Shown: positions 42,109 to 57,027 of the stretch, piece after piece
How positions within the stretch are numbered: the stretch's first letter is position 1
How the letters are laid out: each line of letters starts with the position of its first letter
Assembly: GCF_006345805.1 (NCBI RefSeq)
Contig: NC_043015.1
Coordinates: forward strand, 3,596,001-3,660,000
Source: Octopus sinensis
Lineage: Eukaryota
Reading direction: 5' to 3'
DNA length: 64,000 bases
Program-made: the position numbers and the translations under genes
Notes under the pieces: model-generated
What the model was told of the DNA's origin: nothing
The model's input: only the letters and a program-made list of their open reading frames with translations
Database searches by the model: none

Positions 42109-42385
42109 TGGAAGCGCAATGGCCCATTGGTTAGGGCAGCGAAGTCGAGGTCGAAGGATCGCTGTTTCAATTCCCAGACCGGTCGTTGTCAGTGTTTATT
42201 CAGCAAAAACAGCTCAAATCTCCACGAGTCTCTGGCTGGGGTTGTTGTCGATCCCTGATGTTCTCTTTCGCCACTCTTTCTCCCACTCTTTCTTCTATTG
42301 GCCTGCCCTTTTAGCCAGCGAGGTAGCGTCATTTGAAGTCTAAATCGATGCGAAGCGCATTGTGATATCTTGTGAAATGACAGGA
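42109..42385 (+). mobile_element. tRNA-derived SINE (family C-like head)
   Basis: A-box-like tggcccattggttag and B-box-like gtttcaattcc. Head resembles 50768-51100. Confidence 0.65.
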
Positions 42386-43333
42386 ACAGCGACCTTCCTC
42401 ATGAAGTCACTGACGTAGCCAACAGCTGTATAATGACCAATAGGCACATTCAGAAGAGGAGTATCATAATATGATGTATCATTATTTTTTTATCAGCGAA
42501 CGGTAATAAGGAAGTGGTAAGAATTCATCATTTTTGGAAAACTCCATAAGATACAGCATGAGGTTTGTAAAGTTTAAGCGAGTGGCATTTATAGCTGACG
42601 CTGCTCTCTTTTCTGCAAACAACCGACTTTCTTAATGTTACCTCTTATAAAACTGTGTTGCAATCATAACTATTTGCGCTGACTTTCGCAGTCATGCCAA
42701 CAATTAACGAAACAGTAATTATCATCGTCTATGCTGATAAGTGTGACACACTATTAAAGTGCATTGATGGAAACATATAATTACAGCAAATCGAAAGTGG
42801 CAGTAGACAAATGGTTTGAGGAAAATAGAATACTTGTCATCGTTTGAAATACTGTATACAACTGTCTGGCAATTAGTAAGTTACATCTAGAATACCACAG
42901 ACAAGCAAGTATCTCAAGTGTTAGTGTATAGCTCTGCAGCGCTTTTGTTGCCTTACTTTAAGTTTAATTGTCAATGATATCTCTCAATACAAGTCAGCTT
43001 TCTGAACATGCAATGATTTCGGTCAAAATCTCTGATTGACGGTTCGACGTATGCCAGAAAAAAAAATATTGGAAAATTAAAATCTCCCAGGTTTTTAAAG
43101 TTTTCAGAATTTTTTATGATACCTTTGATGTACGGAAAGAAAGAACAAGAAATCCGTTTTCAGCGTTGTTTTCATCCAAGGATTGACTGACATATTTCTT
43201 TGTACGAAAGAAGCTAACTACCAATATTGCACAAAAGGCATATGCAGCTGAATTCTCAAAAGATATTTGCTGTGTAGACTTAAAACAAAATACGTTATTG
43301 TACAGACCTGGTATATGACTACGCTAAATTTAC

Positions 43334-43380
43334 CAGACAAAGGAAGAAATGGTAAGGATCAAAGAATGAACACAGACGAG
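43334..43380 (-). CDS. Putative exon E4 (LVCVHSLILTISSFV)
   Basis: Acceptor gaaaatcag, donor TG|gtaaat. Phase 0->2; an alternative phase 1->0 frame (RLCSFFDPYHFFLCL) is also open. Confidence 0.38.
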
Positions 43381-44214
43381 CTGATTTTCACAGTTTAATT
43401 TCTCAGTAATTGAATTTTCTCTGTCAATCACAGTATATATGAGTGTGCTTGTGGCTGTATTTGTGCAAGTGTGTCTGTGACATACACATGCACAAACACA
43501 CACTTTGTGTTTGTACCTTTGTGTGCATGTGTGTGCTTGTGTGTGTATCTGTATCACACCTGTTTATGAAACTTGTTCATTGCTAAATTTATTTGAATGC
43601 TTTAATTTTTCATTTTATGCGTATGATTAAAAATATATTGTTCTGATGTGCTTCTTTTGATGCCGTCAATTTTATGCACTTAATCGTTTACCTAAATCAT
43701 TGAAATATAATTTCTTGTTTTTTTTTTAACATTCTTATAATCATATATTTGTAACTTACCTAAATATTTTACAATTATTTTAGATGTCTTCTTGAAAGAG
43801 ACTTAATATTATAAATGTAAGGCATGAATCAAAGCCATAAAATAAAATTATAGAATATTTATCATGATTTAGATATTTCTATATTTCTATATTTTTATAT
43901 AAACACAATGGATATAAAGACAATATCGAATTTATTTTATTTTACGCGAAAGTTTATCTTCGTAACTATTTTCAGAAATTTCTGTTTATTCCTATATCAC
44001 AGTGCATGCAAAGTATTGGTAGACAAACCGTAGGATTAAAGCAATGCATAGACGTATATTTTTACAGACATAATTAGATATATCTTTCAAAATTTAGTCC
44101 TTTCTTCAGGTCAGATGCTGCCAACAAAATATATTTTAGAATTTTTCTTATCGAAAGAATGTCATATGTAATGTGAATTTAATACAATAATTATTTTTTA
44201 TCTTCATTCAACTA

Positions 44215-44390
44215 GAGGTTTCTGAAAAAACCCTCGTCATTTATTGGGTAATAAAATCCCATCGTAAGTGTTGAGCAACTAGCAGAGAAGCTCGGATTTC
44301 TTCATTCAGGGACAAGTGCATTTTGAAAGAGAGGTCTTTTAAGTCTGCCAGAAAAATAGAAGAGCATTGTAGAAAATGAAGACAAAAGGA
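44215..44390 (+). mobile_element. Mariner 3' remnant
   Basis: ttttgaaagagaggtcttttaagtctgccagaaaaatagaagagcattgtagaaaatgaag resembles the mariner C-terminus (..RG...LP.RW..IVEN.G). Confidence 0.4.
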
Positions 44391-44701
44391 ACTTTATTTC
44401 TCCATGTTCTGTTTACGTTAAATTTTACACAAAATATACATGAAAACACGTGTAAATCCATGTGATATATATAGAGGAAAAGAATAACGCGGCGGAGCGG
44501 TTAAAAGGCATCACTTCGCAAGATTTCCAGGAATCGCGCCTGGATGGAAGCGTTGCTTCAAATGGAGAATGTAAAACTAAGTGAATAAAATAATATTGCA
44601 AAATTCCGGATTAAATTGATACCCTCTTGTATAAACATGCATGCATATCTATCTATCTATCTATATATCTATATATCCATCTATCTATCTATTTATCTAT
44701 A

Positions 44702-44760
<59 letters not shown>

Positions 44761-45777
44761 ATATATATATATATATCTAACTATATAGTTTCCGTTGTCT
44801 TTCCATTTCCGTAATCTTTATGTTCCAAGGACAAACATAATCTGTTTACCCTTATAGCATTAACATTTCTAATACAATATTCCTATTGATCGGCCTTAAC
44901 TTTTTTTCACGATCCCTTTTGATCGGGATTGCCCCCCCCCATATTTTTCCCCTTCTCTTCTTTCCAAAAACGAAAGCTCTACTTTTTATTTTGTCCCTTC
45001 AGTGTTTAGCCTTGCGTGCCCAATAAAGAAATCTCTATAACCATATATCTATCTGTATCTGTCTATCTGTCGATCAATCTCTCCCTGTAACTCCCATCTT
45101 AACTCTATCTATATATGTGTGTGCGCGCGTGGGTGTTAATATGCTTGTACTTGCGTCCTTGTGTACGTATATGTAACTCTCTATATTCTTACAGAGACAG
45201 ACACACACACAAACACACACGCACACAAACACACATACAAACATAAACACACACGCACGCACACACACATCTGTGCATTTTATTGAGAAAAATAATGTCA
45301 AGGAGAGCCGACCATATTTGACTGAATATTTAGAAATACGCTTCTATTGTCAACTGCGGCCTTATATTAGTGTGAGTTAAGTGTTTCTTCTTATTTGACA
45401 GTTCTCATATATATTGAAAAGTCTATGCGCTGTCATCTTGCATTTCAGTATCTGTGAAATTCAACGGATATACCAAAATAGAGATGGCAACACGTTGACA
45501 TCAGTTTGTCATATGTAAATGAATAGAAATTATCATTTGTATATATCCATTTTTATATATTTATTTATACTCAAAATAAGCAACATGGATATCCAAGGTA
45601 GAGTAGCACAATCGTTTCATGCTACCTCATTTAAATTAAACAATATAAGTATTACATTGTTTAATTAAATGAAGTAGCATGGCACGATTGCACTACAGTA
45701 CTTTGGGTATCCTTTCCAATTTCTGGTGCCTTTAACAGAATCTAAATTTTGCTGAAAATTTATATATATATATAAAA

Positions 45778-45877
<100 letters not shown>

Positions 45878-48136
45878 ATATATATGTGTATTTATATACA
45901 TGCATGTGTGTCTGTGTCTGTGTATCTAAGTGAGTGTCTTTTTCTCCCCCCCACAGCTGCCTTACAAACGGCGTTGCTTTGTTCACGTCTCCTAAACTTA
46001 GCTTTTCAGCATAAAAGACATATAAAATCAGTATCAAGCATTAAAACGCAAGTTTTGAGATTCCTTACTTGTGTTAAACCTCACGAAAAGAATAAAACAA
46101 AGAAATGCAAACATAATTTTTTCACCGATTTACCTTATGTCTCCTAACATCGTATACAATAAAATAATATCTTTAAATACTACAACGAGTTACATGAAGT
46201 GAAGAGTAAGTAAAGATGAATTACAAAATGCAACCGAACAATTTGTCTTTCTTCTTACAAATCTTGCAGTTTAAGATAGCATCGTTCATACAAACTTGCG
46301 GTTTAATTAGTTTCATGTCAAATATTATTGGCATTCTGAAAAACAGAGTACATATTTCTGTCTAGTCATTGCTCATTTAGAAATCTTTTAGTACAATTAA
46401 TAACAGAAGAAGAAGCCATGTTCTGCAATGATGTTAAATCAAACAGATATTGTTTCAACACCTCCTTTCATGTCTACAAGGAATTACTTCAAAACAAATC
46501 ATCAGATTTCGATGATTGTCAGTGAGATGAATTAACTTTAAAGAACATACACACGCACGTGAAATTCAAACTAATCTGTTTAATTTCTGGATTATCTATA
46601 ATCCAAAAAAGATATGCAGACAAATTATTTTCTCTTTTTAAATTTAGGTCATAAACATATTACACGCAATAAAATATAAATGATATAAAAATTGTAAATG
46701 CGTGGTCCATCTGATTTTATCTTCGTGAATCCGCATTAGTTTTCGTACAACTCATATCAGCTATTGCCCGCATGCACTATCACGCAAACCTGCGGTCAAA
46801 CACTTTGATGCATATATTATGGAAATAAATATTTCGTTACATTAACAAGTTTTGAAGGTTCCGTTATTTTTAATATTTACATTCGCATAAATTGTCCCAG
46901 AATCACACCTTTGATATTAGGACGGTTTTCACATTAAGAATATTTTTTTTTCATGTAATTATTATTCAAATTATTGCTGAATATAGATCTTTTAAAGCTA
47001 AGTACCTTTATACAGTAACATAAAATATAGCATCGCTTATAATGTGCATCTGAAAAAATTGGTGAAGTATATATCGTCAATGTTTGCAAAAGGATTTTCG
47101 TCCATTTTCAATGCAAGTACTTGTGATACACGTGACATATATTTATTCATTTACAGAAAGATATTTCGTCGTCATTCTAAAATTTACAGTGTGTGTGCAG
47201 AAGAATTCAACATCAAATTTTTTGGATGAACAATTTGAAATATAGAATTTGCACACATTTTAAATATTAAGCGATAAAATTAATAAATACCGTTATACTT
47301 ATACTTAACTGCAATACCATATACATGCACGCTGTGCTTCGCAATACATAGGTATATACATACTATCATACATGCATATACACATACTCACGAACACACA
47401 CATACATACGCACCGCCCTCAAATGCAACTACTTATATATACGTGTGTGCATATATATATATATATATATATACGCACAAAAAATTATGTGTTGCTCCAT
47501 AGACTATTTCACAAACATCCACATGAAAACGCACGCGAACTCACGCTCATACACACGCGCGTACACATTTAATGATTGATTGTGACAATATCTCTGATTG
47601 TCAGAGGCATGTTTATGCATGTATGCCAATCGATAAAAAATAATTATTCAAACATAACTGCAAAAAAGCACCAGAAAAAACAAATGTGATTAATTGTAGT
47701 GAACAAAAATAGTGGAATTTAACTTATTCTGGGAATATTTTATGCATCTGAAGGAACACTATATATGGTTCCCATTCATCTCGATAGTATTTTTTCTAAT
47801 TTATTAATTGAAATATATTGATATACTGCATCTGTGTCATTTCCTAAAGAAAAGCAAAGTGAATTCTATTCAGTTGGTACCAGACTTCTTTGTTTTCTGT
47901 ACATGAATAGGTATAATTAAACTGTAATAAATACATTTTGGGTATAATGCATATTAGGCCCCTAAAAATGAGATATACATGATACTGAAAATTACTTAAA
48001 AATAGTAATTATTGTTCTTCATAACTGACACATGCTACTTCTAAGAACATTTATAGATACAGTGTGTATAGAGAAAATGAAATGTAAACACACACACATA
48101 AACACACATACATACACGTATATTATGAATATATGA

Positions 48137-48247
<111 letters not shown>

Positions 48248-48300
48248 AATGTGTATATGTATGTGTCTATATGGATATACATAAACAAAAACACATACAT

Positions 48301-48339
<39 letters not shown>

Positions 48340-48379
48340 ATAGAAATATTAAAATTACTAAGTCTCTCTAAAAGAGAAC

Positions 48380-48660
48380 AACGGCAGCGTTCCCGGAAAA
48401 TATTAGTTATCGCCATACTAATATGGCATTCTTATAAAAATAAGAAAAAAGCTGACCGCTTATTAGCTCCATGAGCCATCGCCTTAAGTTAGCTATTTGA
48501 TACACAATCTGTATCCATATAACCTTTGAACAAGGGAGGTCAGTCGCTCCACACTACTTGGCCGGCAGCTACAGACGCGTTTCGGGGTATTGCCCCTTTT
48601 CAATGCAGCGTAGCCAAACCAGTAGGTGTCGCTTCCGACAATCTCTGTTCAAAGGTTTTA
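48380..48660 (+). mobile_element. Penelope-like 3' end (GIY-YIG C-terminal remnant plus pLTR-like segment)
   Basis: A frameshifted KIL..A....KEA.LISS.EPS-like remnant precedes a hammerhead motif on the opposite strand. Confidence 0.5.
48568..48609 (-). ncRNA. Apparently intact minimal type I hammerhead ribozyme with U3-A8 core
   Basis: Minus strand reads GCUGCA-UUGAAAA-GGGG(CAAUA)CCCC-GAAA-CGCG-UC|UGUAGC: 6-bp stem I, 4-bp stem II, palindromic stem III ACGCGU, GUC site. Confidence 0.8.
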
Positions 48661-49084
48661 TTTACCTAGCTTCGGTGGAATACAATTAGTGTGTGTATGA
48701 GTATATGTACCTTTGTACACTGATATATGAATAAATGTACGTACGTATGTATGGAGTATTTATGTGTGTTTCGATTCATATACATGTATAATGTATTTTT
48801 CTTTTACTTCTTTCTGATGTGAGGAGGACCTTCCATGAAAGCCGCCAGTCCTGGGAGAATACTGAAACTAATTTTGAGAATGGAACTGTTAATATTTTAA
48901 ACAAATGTACGAATTTCTTGTGGGGAACGCCGATTCCAGACGGTCTCGTAAATAACGTCTGGACATAGAATGTCGAAATGTGGAAATGCAAATTACGCCT
49001 CTCCTCCATTAGAGAGTTACAATATCAGAGTTCTTCAAAGATGAGAGTTAATGATATTATCGATAAAATAGAGAGAGTGATAGA

Positions 49085-49135
<51 letters not shown>

Positions 49136-50767
49136 GGAGATATAGAGGAAACAGCTTACCTCTGAATATTGATCAGTGTTTGTCTGTCAGAAATGGAAAG
49201 CTAATTAAGTGAAAGATCCTCCACTGGGTTTAATCCAGGTCAATTTAGATAACTGCTGCAGTGTTGAAAATGTAGAAGACCTACTTAAGTGATGGCTGAT
49301 TATCTCATGTTCCAAAAGAGAAGATAGTTTTGAAGTTTTGCTAGGTCTGGCAAATAAGTTCCTCTATTTAGTTCGTCGTTTAAAATACGTATCAGCCTTT
49401 ACTATGATTATAAGCCCCACTAAAGTGCATTTCATGTTTACCGTACAAAGTATATTTGCTGCTTGTGCTTTTGTTTTCTGCATTGAGTCAGATAGTGCTC
49501 GGGAGTCAAACTCTCTATGCAGTGATTGCCTGCACAGCTTATCAAGCTACCATAGGAAAATCCGTGAATATAATCCTTAACTGGGTTCCGCTTTAATAAA
49601 TGCACAAATGTATGCTATGAGGATACTTTCTTCAATATTGGTCAGTGAAGACGAAACAGGTTCACTTTCCTTTTCAATTTCCCATTCAATCCTTTGGCAT
49701 CGTTATATGTTGTGTGACTAGATCAGTATACCGACGTATAAGAAATGAAAACAGTTAGTTGTGGGAATACAATAGTTTCTTTTTTTCAGATTGATCTTTT
49801 CATTTCTCGGATAGCCAAGTTTACTTCTCAGTCGTGGTTTTCTTATTTGAGACAGACCTTATGTAATACTGTACATTTCCCCCTTTAGTTGTTGTTATTG
49901 CAATTGCTAGGGTTTGCTGCAGCAGCCTGTTGTGTAGCTAATAATTATTTTGCTAATACCCATCAAATTATTGATCGACCGTTTCTTCTCACGTGTGTGC
50001 TTTCCATCTGCTGTTTGTGTGTGTCGATATGATGTGCTTTGCACAAAAAGCTATATAACTGCCATCAGATAACTGCTGAGAATGTAATACATCGATTGCA
50101 GTGAAAATAAAAAGCCAGTTCCCAAGTGATTGATGACAATTAATTGCATTCCAATTTATGTTTTGTACTTTCAGTCTTCAGCCGATAAATTTTTGAAAGC
50201 AGCATATTTAATCGGATGCCCAAATCTATGTAAGAGGAAGTAATTTCTACAGGTCTCAGATATCAAACTTCTAGATTACGAAATCCCCGCCAAATGCTTT
50301 TCAACATATATAAAGAAGAAACAAAACGGTATGCTACAGTTTATCGCTTTTTGTGGGAACCAAGTCTTGGTATTTGTTGCTCTAAAGACTGCTCAGAAGA
50401 ATAATTTTATTCGTATAGTCAATTCCTATAACTACCTCAGTCCGCGTATACACTTCGGCAGCCCAGGTTAGGGAAATTCACTGATATTTTACACCTATCA
50501 CCCAGTAGTATCTAATAAAGTATTTCATGACATCAGATTATTTATATTCAAAGCTTATGCACTGTTTGTCATGTTCTACATTTTATGCATTACACATTGG
50601 TATATTCGAACACAAGCGTACATATATATAATGCATATGCATGCTCATTATACGTGAGCATGCATATATATGTCTCTCTGCCTCTCTCTCTCTCTCCCTA
50701 CACAAATATTTATATATAGATGTATGTATGTATGTATTTATGTGTATATATATATATTTTTTTTAAG

Positions 50768-51100
50768 ACACCCTTCAGTCATGAATGACCATGGGGTTGC
50801 ACCAACAGAGTTACGCTCCGTGGCACAAGTCTGGCCAAGGTTGTTTATGGAGGGCCAGCAGTCGACCATGTATACCGGCCTCCCCTCTCCATAGTACCAG
50901 TGTTATCCAAGGGAAAAGCAAAGGGACCGATACAGCTTGGCACCAGTGACATCGCAACTCATTTCTACAACTGAGTGAACTGAAGCAATGTCAAATAAAG
51001 TGTCTTGCTCAAGAATACAACACGCAGCCCGGTCCGGGAATCTAACTCATAACCCCACTATTTTGAGCTCAATGCTCTAACCACTGGGCCATGTGCCTTC
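50768..51100 (-). mobile_element. tRNA-derived SINE (family C)
   Basis: Head gcacatggcccagtggttagagc..gagttagattcccgg followed by a CORE/V-like ttgagcaagacactttattt..ttcagttcactcag. Confidence 0.75.
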
Positions 51101-51165
51101 ACATGTGCCTTCATATATACATATATGTATATCTATAAATATATATAAATATATATATACATATG

Positions 51166-51238
<73 letters not shown>

Positions 51239-51391
51239 ATGTATAAGGCCAACAGATGTGATCCAGAGATTCTCGATAAAGGAAACACTTTGTCGCCTTC
51301 AAGCGGTTTGAATTTAGATTCCCATATCTTTTGGAATGACCAGTCCCTTAAAGTGTGTCTCTAAGAGAAATCCAGGCTCTCTATATGTACG

Positions 51392-51435
<44 letters not shown>

Positions 51436-51558
51436 TAATAAAGATATCTACATATATAAGTGTGTACGTTTTTTTTATGCGTGTGTGCGTGTGAGGGAAT
51501 GAATGCAAAGGATGAAGATTTTGAGACGAATTGTACATGTATATATAGATGCACACAT

Positions 51559-51644
<86 letters not shown>

Positions 51645-52016
51645 CTACATTTTCGTCGTTCGCTTCTTTATTATTTTTATTCTGTAAACAGATTAAGGTG
51701 TGTATCGAAAGTTTTGTTGATATACGTCCGTAACCTCTTTAGCGACCCTCCATCCATAGCATGCTGTTCTGTTTCGGCTTTTCTAAACGGCTAAACAGAA
51801 CAAGTGTGGACACTTTGAATGGAGGGTCGTTGAAGCTGGCACAGATGTGTGACGAAATGTTTCCAGACAAAGGTCATTAAATAAGAGTAACTATAAACAA
51901 GTGAAGAACTAACATAACATTCATGTGTTAATTTGGCACAAAAGAATGCAACAATATGTTTCAACACACGATTTCACATCGGCAATCTTTGTTTATCCGC
52001 ATAATTGCTTCACTCT

Positions 52017-52081
<65 letters not shown>

Positions 52082-52083
52082 TA

Positions 52084-52174
<91 letters not shown>

Positions 52175-52392
52175 ATATATATATAAATATATGTATGTTT
52201 CTCCATTCTCTCATTTTGTATATATATAAATATATATTATATATATATATTATATATATATTATATATATAAATATATATATATATATATGTAGTAGTGG
52301 TAGTAGTAGTAGTTGTAGTAGTAGTAGTATGTTTGTTTGTTTTCAGATGAATGTGCTAAATATTCTTTAATAATTGTCGATTTATTGTTTAC

Positions 52393-52463
52393 CATTAACC
52401 TCCTGGAAAACCTGTAGAAGATGTAGCACCAACGGTAATTATAGTGACATAAACACGTCCACA
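52393..52463 (-). CDS. Putative exon E3 (VWTCLCHYNYRWCYIFYRFSRRLM)
   Basis: Acceptor aataatgttcag, donor ATG|gtaaac. Phase 1->0; unusual C/W/Y-rich composition. Confidence 0.42.
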
Positions 52464-55128
52464 CTGAACATTATTGGAAGTTTTCAATTATAGTTAGCTG
52501 ATATTGCATATATATATTCACATAAATATAACTGTCCCGTTAATCAAAACATTACACATATAATATTGCTCAGGTGTCTGGAAAACATGTATCGGTGTCA
52601 ATATCTCATCCATTGTTTTATTGACAGCTAATGTATTGGCTACTTCCAGTAATTTCCTAGTCATTCAGTTTAATGAGTTTCTTCTTGTATAGTGCAAATA
52701 ACAGCGAATGAGATTCAATCTTATTCTTAGCTAAGAGTACTTGTACATAACAGTTAATATGAATTCTTCATATTTGTTCTATAGAACGATTTGTTAAGTT
52801 ATCTCTAACAATATCTGAATAGGAAGCCTAAAATTTCTGTTCAGGAGATGATTATTCACTATTTTTTTTTATATCTAATCTGATATTTAGTGCTCTACTG
52901 TGAGAAATTTCTTAATCAACCAAATCAGTATTTCGCTTCCGTAATCATGGAATAAAGTATATGATGCACATTGTTATGCTAATATTCTCCACACGCTATA
53001 TTCTGCAAGTGTTTAAATGTAACTGATGAAGATAATGAAATGTAGTGAAAATGTTATTCAGCAGCATAAGCTAGTAATTGTATCAATAATACACTTTGGT
53101 ATAACCTTCATTGGAATTTGTTAATTATACGATTGCAGTCGATACATAGCTCAGGAGACGATTCAAATAATTCAACTATCAAAATATCACAAGTTCATAT
53201 GAACACTAGTTACTGACACGGCTTAGTGGTGTCATGTCAAATGTATTCACCAATCAACTTCGAATTCTAAATTGAGAGTTTGTCTGTAAATTCGTTAGGA
53301 AACGCTCATCTTAAATTCACTGCATTGTGATGATAATATATTTTTTTGCACAACATATGTTTATGAAAAATATGTCATTTTTAAGTTTTCATTAAATATC
53401 TTCATAGGAGAGATATTTTGTAGATATACGCAATCTGAAATAGATTATTTTAAATCAATTCTTTGTAGCTCAAGAAATCCCTGATACCTTATACATACTT
53501 CGCACGCACAGACACAGACCAACAAAGAAGTATATAGTTCACAGCACCATCATAGGTAGGATGAGCAATAATATATTGCATCCTGTGTAAGATAAAAATC
53601 ATTTCACATATCGAAATTTCAATATAGCTGGTAATAGTTTCATGCTTTAAAAGTAGAATAAGTTGACTAATACGTGATACTATGTATCTCCAACTAGTAT
53701 ATACAAATACCGCTTTCCTAGGAGACTGTTTCTTATTTCCTACAATGCAAATTAGCTGTCAACATTTAAAAACACTACCACAAAATTAGTCCCATGTCTT
53801 AAATCAAATGCTTATTTTCGTTGCCGTAAAGAAATTGCTATAATAATACGTATGTATTTTCTCCGTTACAACATAAGAATAAGAAAGGAATCTATGATAA
53901 CTTAATAAAATACGATATTTCTCAAGAATGTGGGCGATCATTAATAATGAAATCTACTGCGAATAATATGAAAGAGAGCTTTAAAAAGAGAAACTCAAGA
54001 GATGTAATGTGGTATCTGCCTTCACATTGAGTGATTCTTCTCATTAAAAAGCCTTCACATTGAGTGATTCCTCTCATTAAAAAGCTTGTTTTCACCACGC
54101 ATCACCTAAAATCTCAAAGTTTGTAGATCATTATTTAAAATCTCAAAGTTTGTAGATCATTATTTAAAATCTTCAGCTGTAAGAATTCTCTTCCTACTAC
54201 AAGCAATGATGATGATCATGACTACGACGACGACTACGACGACGACGACGACGAAGATGACAACGAGGACAATGATGATGATGATGGCGATTGTGTGTTA
54301 TGTTAGAAGGAGTACGGAGATTTGGAAAACTGGGATTATTTTATTATTTTCGACCCCTCTACTTTATTTTATTGACCCACATTCATGAAAATTGAAGTCA
54401 ATCTCAGCGCGGGTTTGAAGGTAATATCGTGTCTAACACATTTACCAACCTTTCAATCCACTTTCTTCGATGATGACAATGATGATGAGATGGGGGAGGA
54501 GGAGAAGGTGGAGGACGAGGATGACGACGATTCAACAAGGCTATAAAAGAAGACACTTGACAAAGGTGCCACGCAGTGGGACTTAACCCAGAAACATGTG
54601 GTTGGTAAGCAAACCACTTACCACACATCCCCTCCTGCGCCTATATCAATATATCATATTTTCATTGGTTCTTAATTCCTATTGTTGTTGTTCAATTCAT
54701 TTAGCGCCTGTTCAGTTCTCATCATGTAGATAGTTAGATACATAGATAGACAGACAGACAGACAGATAGATACATACGTACATAAATAGATATGGGTGTT
54801 ATGAAGCTTTTAGGGGGAAACCATTTCCTTCACTGAATGTGAAATTATAACTAAGCGTTTTATTTTTAAAACGCGGCAAACGTAATCACGTAATCAAAGA
54901 AGAAATGCTAAGAATCCTTCATAAATTTTTGTTTTATTTCTTTAAAATATTTCTTCATTTGCAGAAATGGACGCGATTAAACGACCTTTATGTTAATTAA
55001 TTAACGATTAGACTGAAAATTATCGGATGAAAATGACTCGGTTATGTTCTTGCGGCTATTTATCAACATTTCTTAATAGCGTTTAACGTGATGAAGAAAC
55101 CGTACAACCACAGGATTTCTAAAGATAC

Positions 55129-55260
55129 CAATTAATATGGACGCAATCAAAGGAAATTTAGATATGCGTTCAATATTATATTTATCATTAGGTACTGACA
55201 TGGCCATGTTGCTTAAGACATTCACTTTGAAATTATGCTCTCTCGCGTTCAATCCCACTG
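55129..55260 (-). CDS. Putative exon E2 (AVGLNAREHNFKVNVLSNMAMSVPNDKYNIERISKFPLIASILI)
   Basis: NAGNAG acceptor cttcaag/cag, donor G|gtatct. 132 nt open, phase 1->1. Confidence 0.5.
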
Positions 55261-55575
55261 CTTGAAGCATTCGACTGCAGTTCTCACTACACACATTTAT
55301 ACACGTGCATACATATATATAATTTCGCTTTATAGGAATGTCTCGTTCTGTTGTTTTTTATAGACGTCTCGCTTGAAGCATTCGACTGCAGTTCTCACTA
55401 CACAAATTTATACACGTACACACACACATATATATATATAATTTCACTTAATAGGAATGTCTCGTTCTGTTGTTATTTATAGACGTCTCTATGTAAATGT
55501 GTGTGTGTGTGTGTGTATGTTTCTATCTGTGCGTGTTCATGTATGTGTGTGTGTGTGTTTTTACGTTTGCCTCAC

Positions 55576-55706
55576 CATTGCTTAACAGTCGGTATTTGTT
55601 CGTAAAAGAACGGTAAGGTTTCGAAAACGGTGAATATATACCGTTGACAATAAGTATAGGTATTGACTTGTCCAACTCAACACTACAAAGCTCTGCCCCA
55701 GATCGG
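55576..55706 (-). CDS. Putative exon E1, the most 5' confidently coding exon (RSGAELCSVELDKSIPILIVNGIYSPFSKPYRSFTNKYRLLSN)
   Basis: Acceptor cattcattgctctccag, donor G|gtgagg. Single open frame, phase 2->1. Confidence 0.62.
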
Positions 55707-56950
55707 CTGGAGAGCAATGAATGGCAGAAGTACAAAAAGCAAAACAGAAGATATTATTGTAACCATACTGTCCACACCTACGTAAATTTGAAAGTATAAA
55801 GTATTAAATGGTAGTATTAACATGCAAACATGCAAATAGAGATTAGATTTATGAGTTAGAGTCGAGTTATTCCAGCTCTGGTTTTAGAATTATCTCTAAC
55901 TGTGGCAGTAATATTGAAAGACATTCTCGCAGTTCTCCTTTTATGATGAGAATCGATAATGTTAGTATCACAGAAATAAATTATATGTGTACGAGCAGAA
56001 GAATGATGGCATTTCTCAAGAACATAGGAAATCATGATGATGATGCGGAGGAGGTACAGCAGGAAGTGGAGATTGACGATGATGATTACGATAACGATGA
56101 TTAAGTGTGAAAACAGCAATGTTAAATATGACGATGGAGTAAAGGCGGCGACTCCGCAGTCGTGTCGGTGTAGGTCATGGCCGTGGTAGTGGCGGTAGTA
56201 TTTCTATTAAACGTGAATGTGCTGTTGATGTTAGTGACTGTAGTATTGGTGGTGGCATTGGTTATGGTTAAGGAAATATCGAGGTTGATTATGACGACGG
56301 CTACAACAAAAATGGCGTTGATGTTCATGATAATTATGATCGTGTTTATGACGATAGCCGTCGTCATTACTTTCGCCAACATCATCACTGGTTTTCTTCA
56401 TCTTCTTTATCCTGATCATGATCGATGATGAGGAGGAGGATAGCAAGGAAAGAAACGTACAGGAAAAAATATATGGCTGTTACATGGATGGTGATAATTA
56501 TCAATGTAGAGTGGAATGGTGAATTGTATTGATGTTGATGACTAGGATGATAATTATCACGACGATCAGGATTATGATCATTATTATGAATAACCAAAAC
56601 GAATTTACAGAAACAAATTCTATAAAAAAACATTTTAACAAATATCAGCGAAATAATACTTAAGTACAAAAAAAAACGAAATAGAGAAATATGCGTTGCC
56701 ATTGGGCCTTTAAATTACATGAAGAAAAATATTGCGCAGGACTAAGTTGGTAATTTGATTCCATTCCAAAGACTCAGACAATAGAATTAATGAAATTCTG
56801 CAGGCTAATTCCAACAGAACAATACCAGGTTTCTCGCATAGGAGTTAAATTTTCAATTTGACTCCGAGCATTAACACTTTTTCTTTTTTGTTTTTAAATT
56901 TCTTTTAAATTAAACATTTATGTCTTCTTTTTAACATGAAATATGTAGCC

Positions 56951-56952
<2 letters not shown>

Positions 56953-57027
<75 letters not shown>

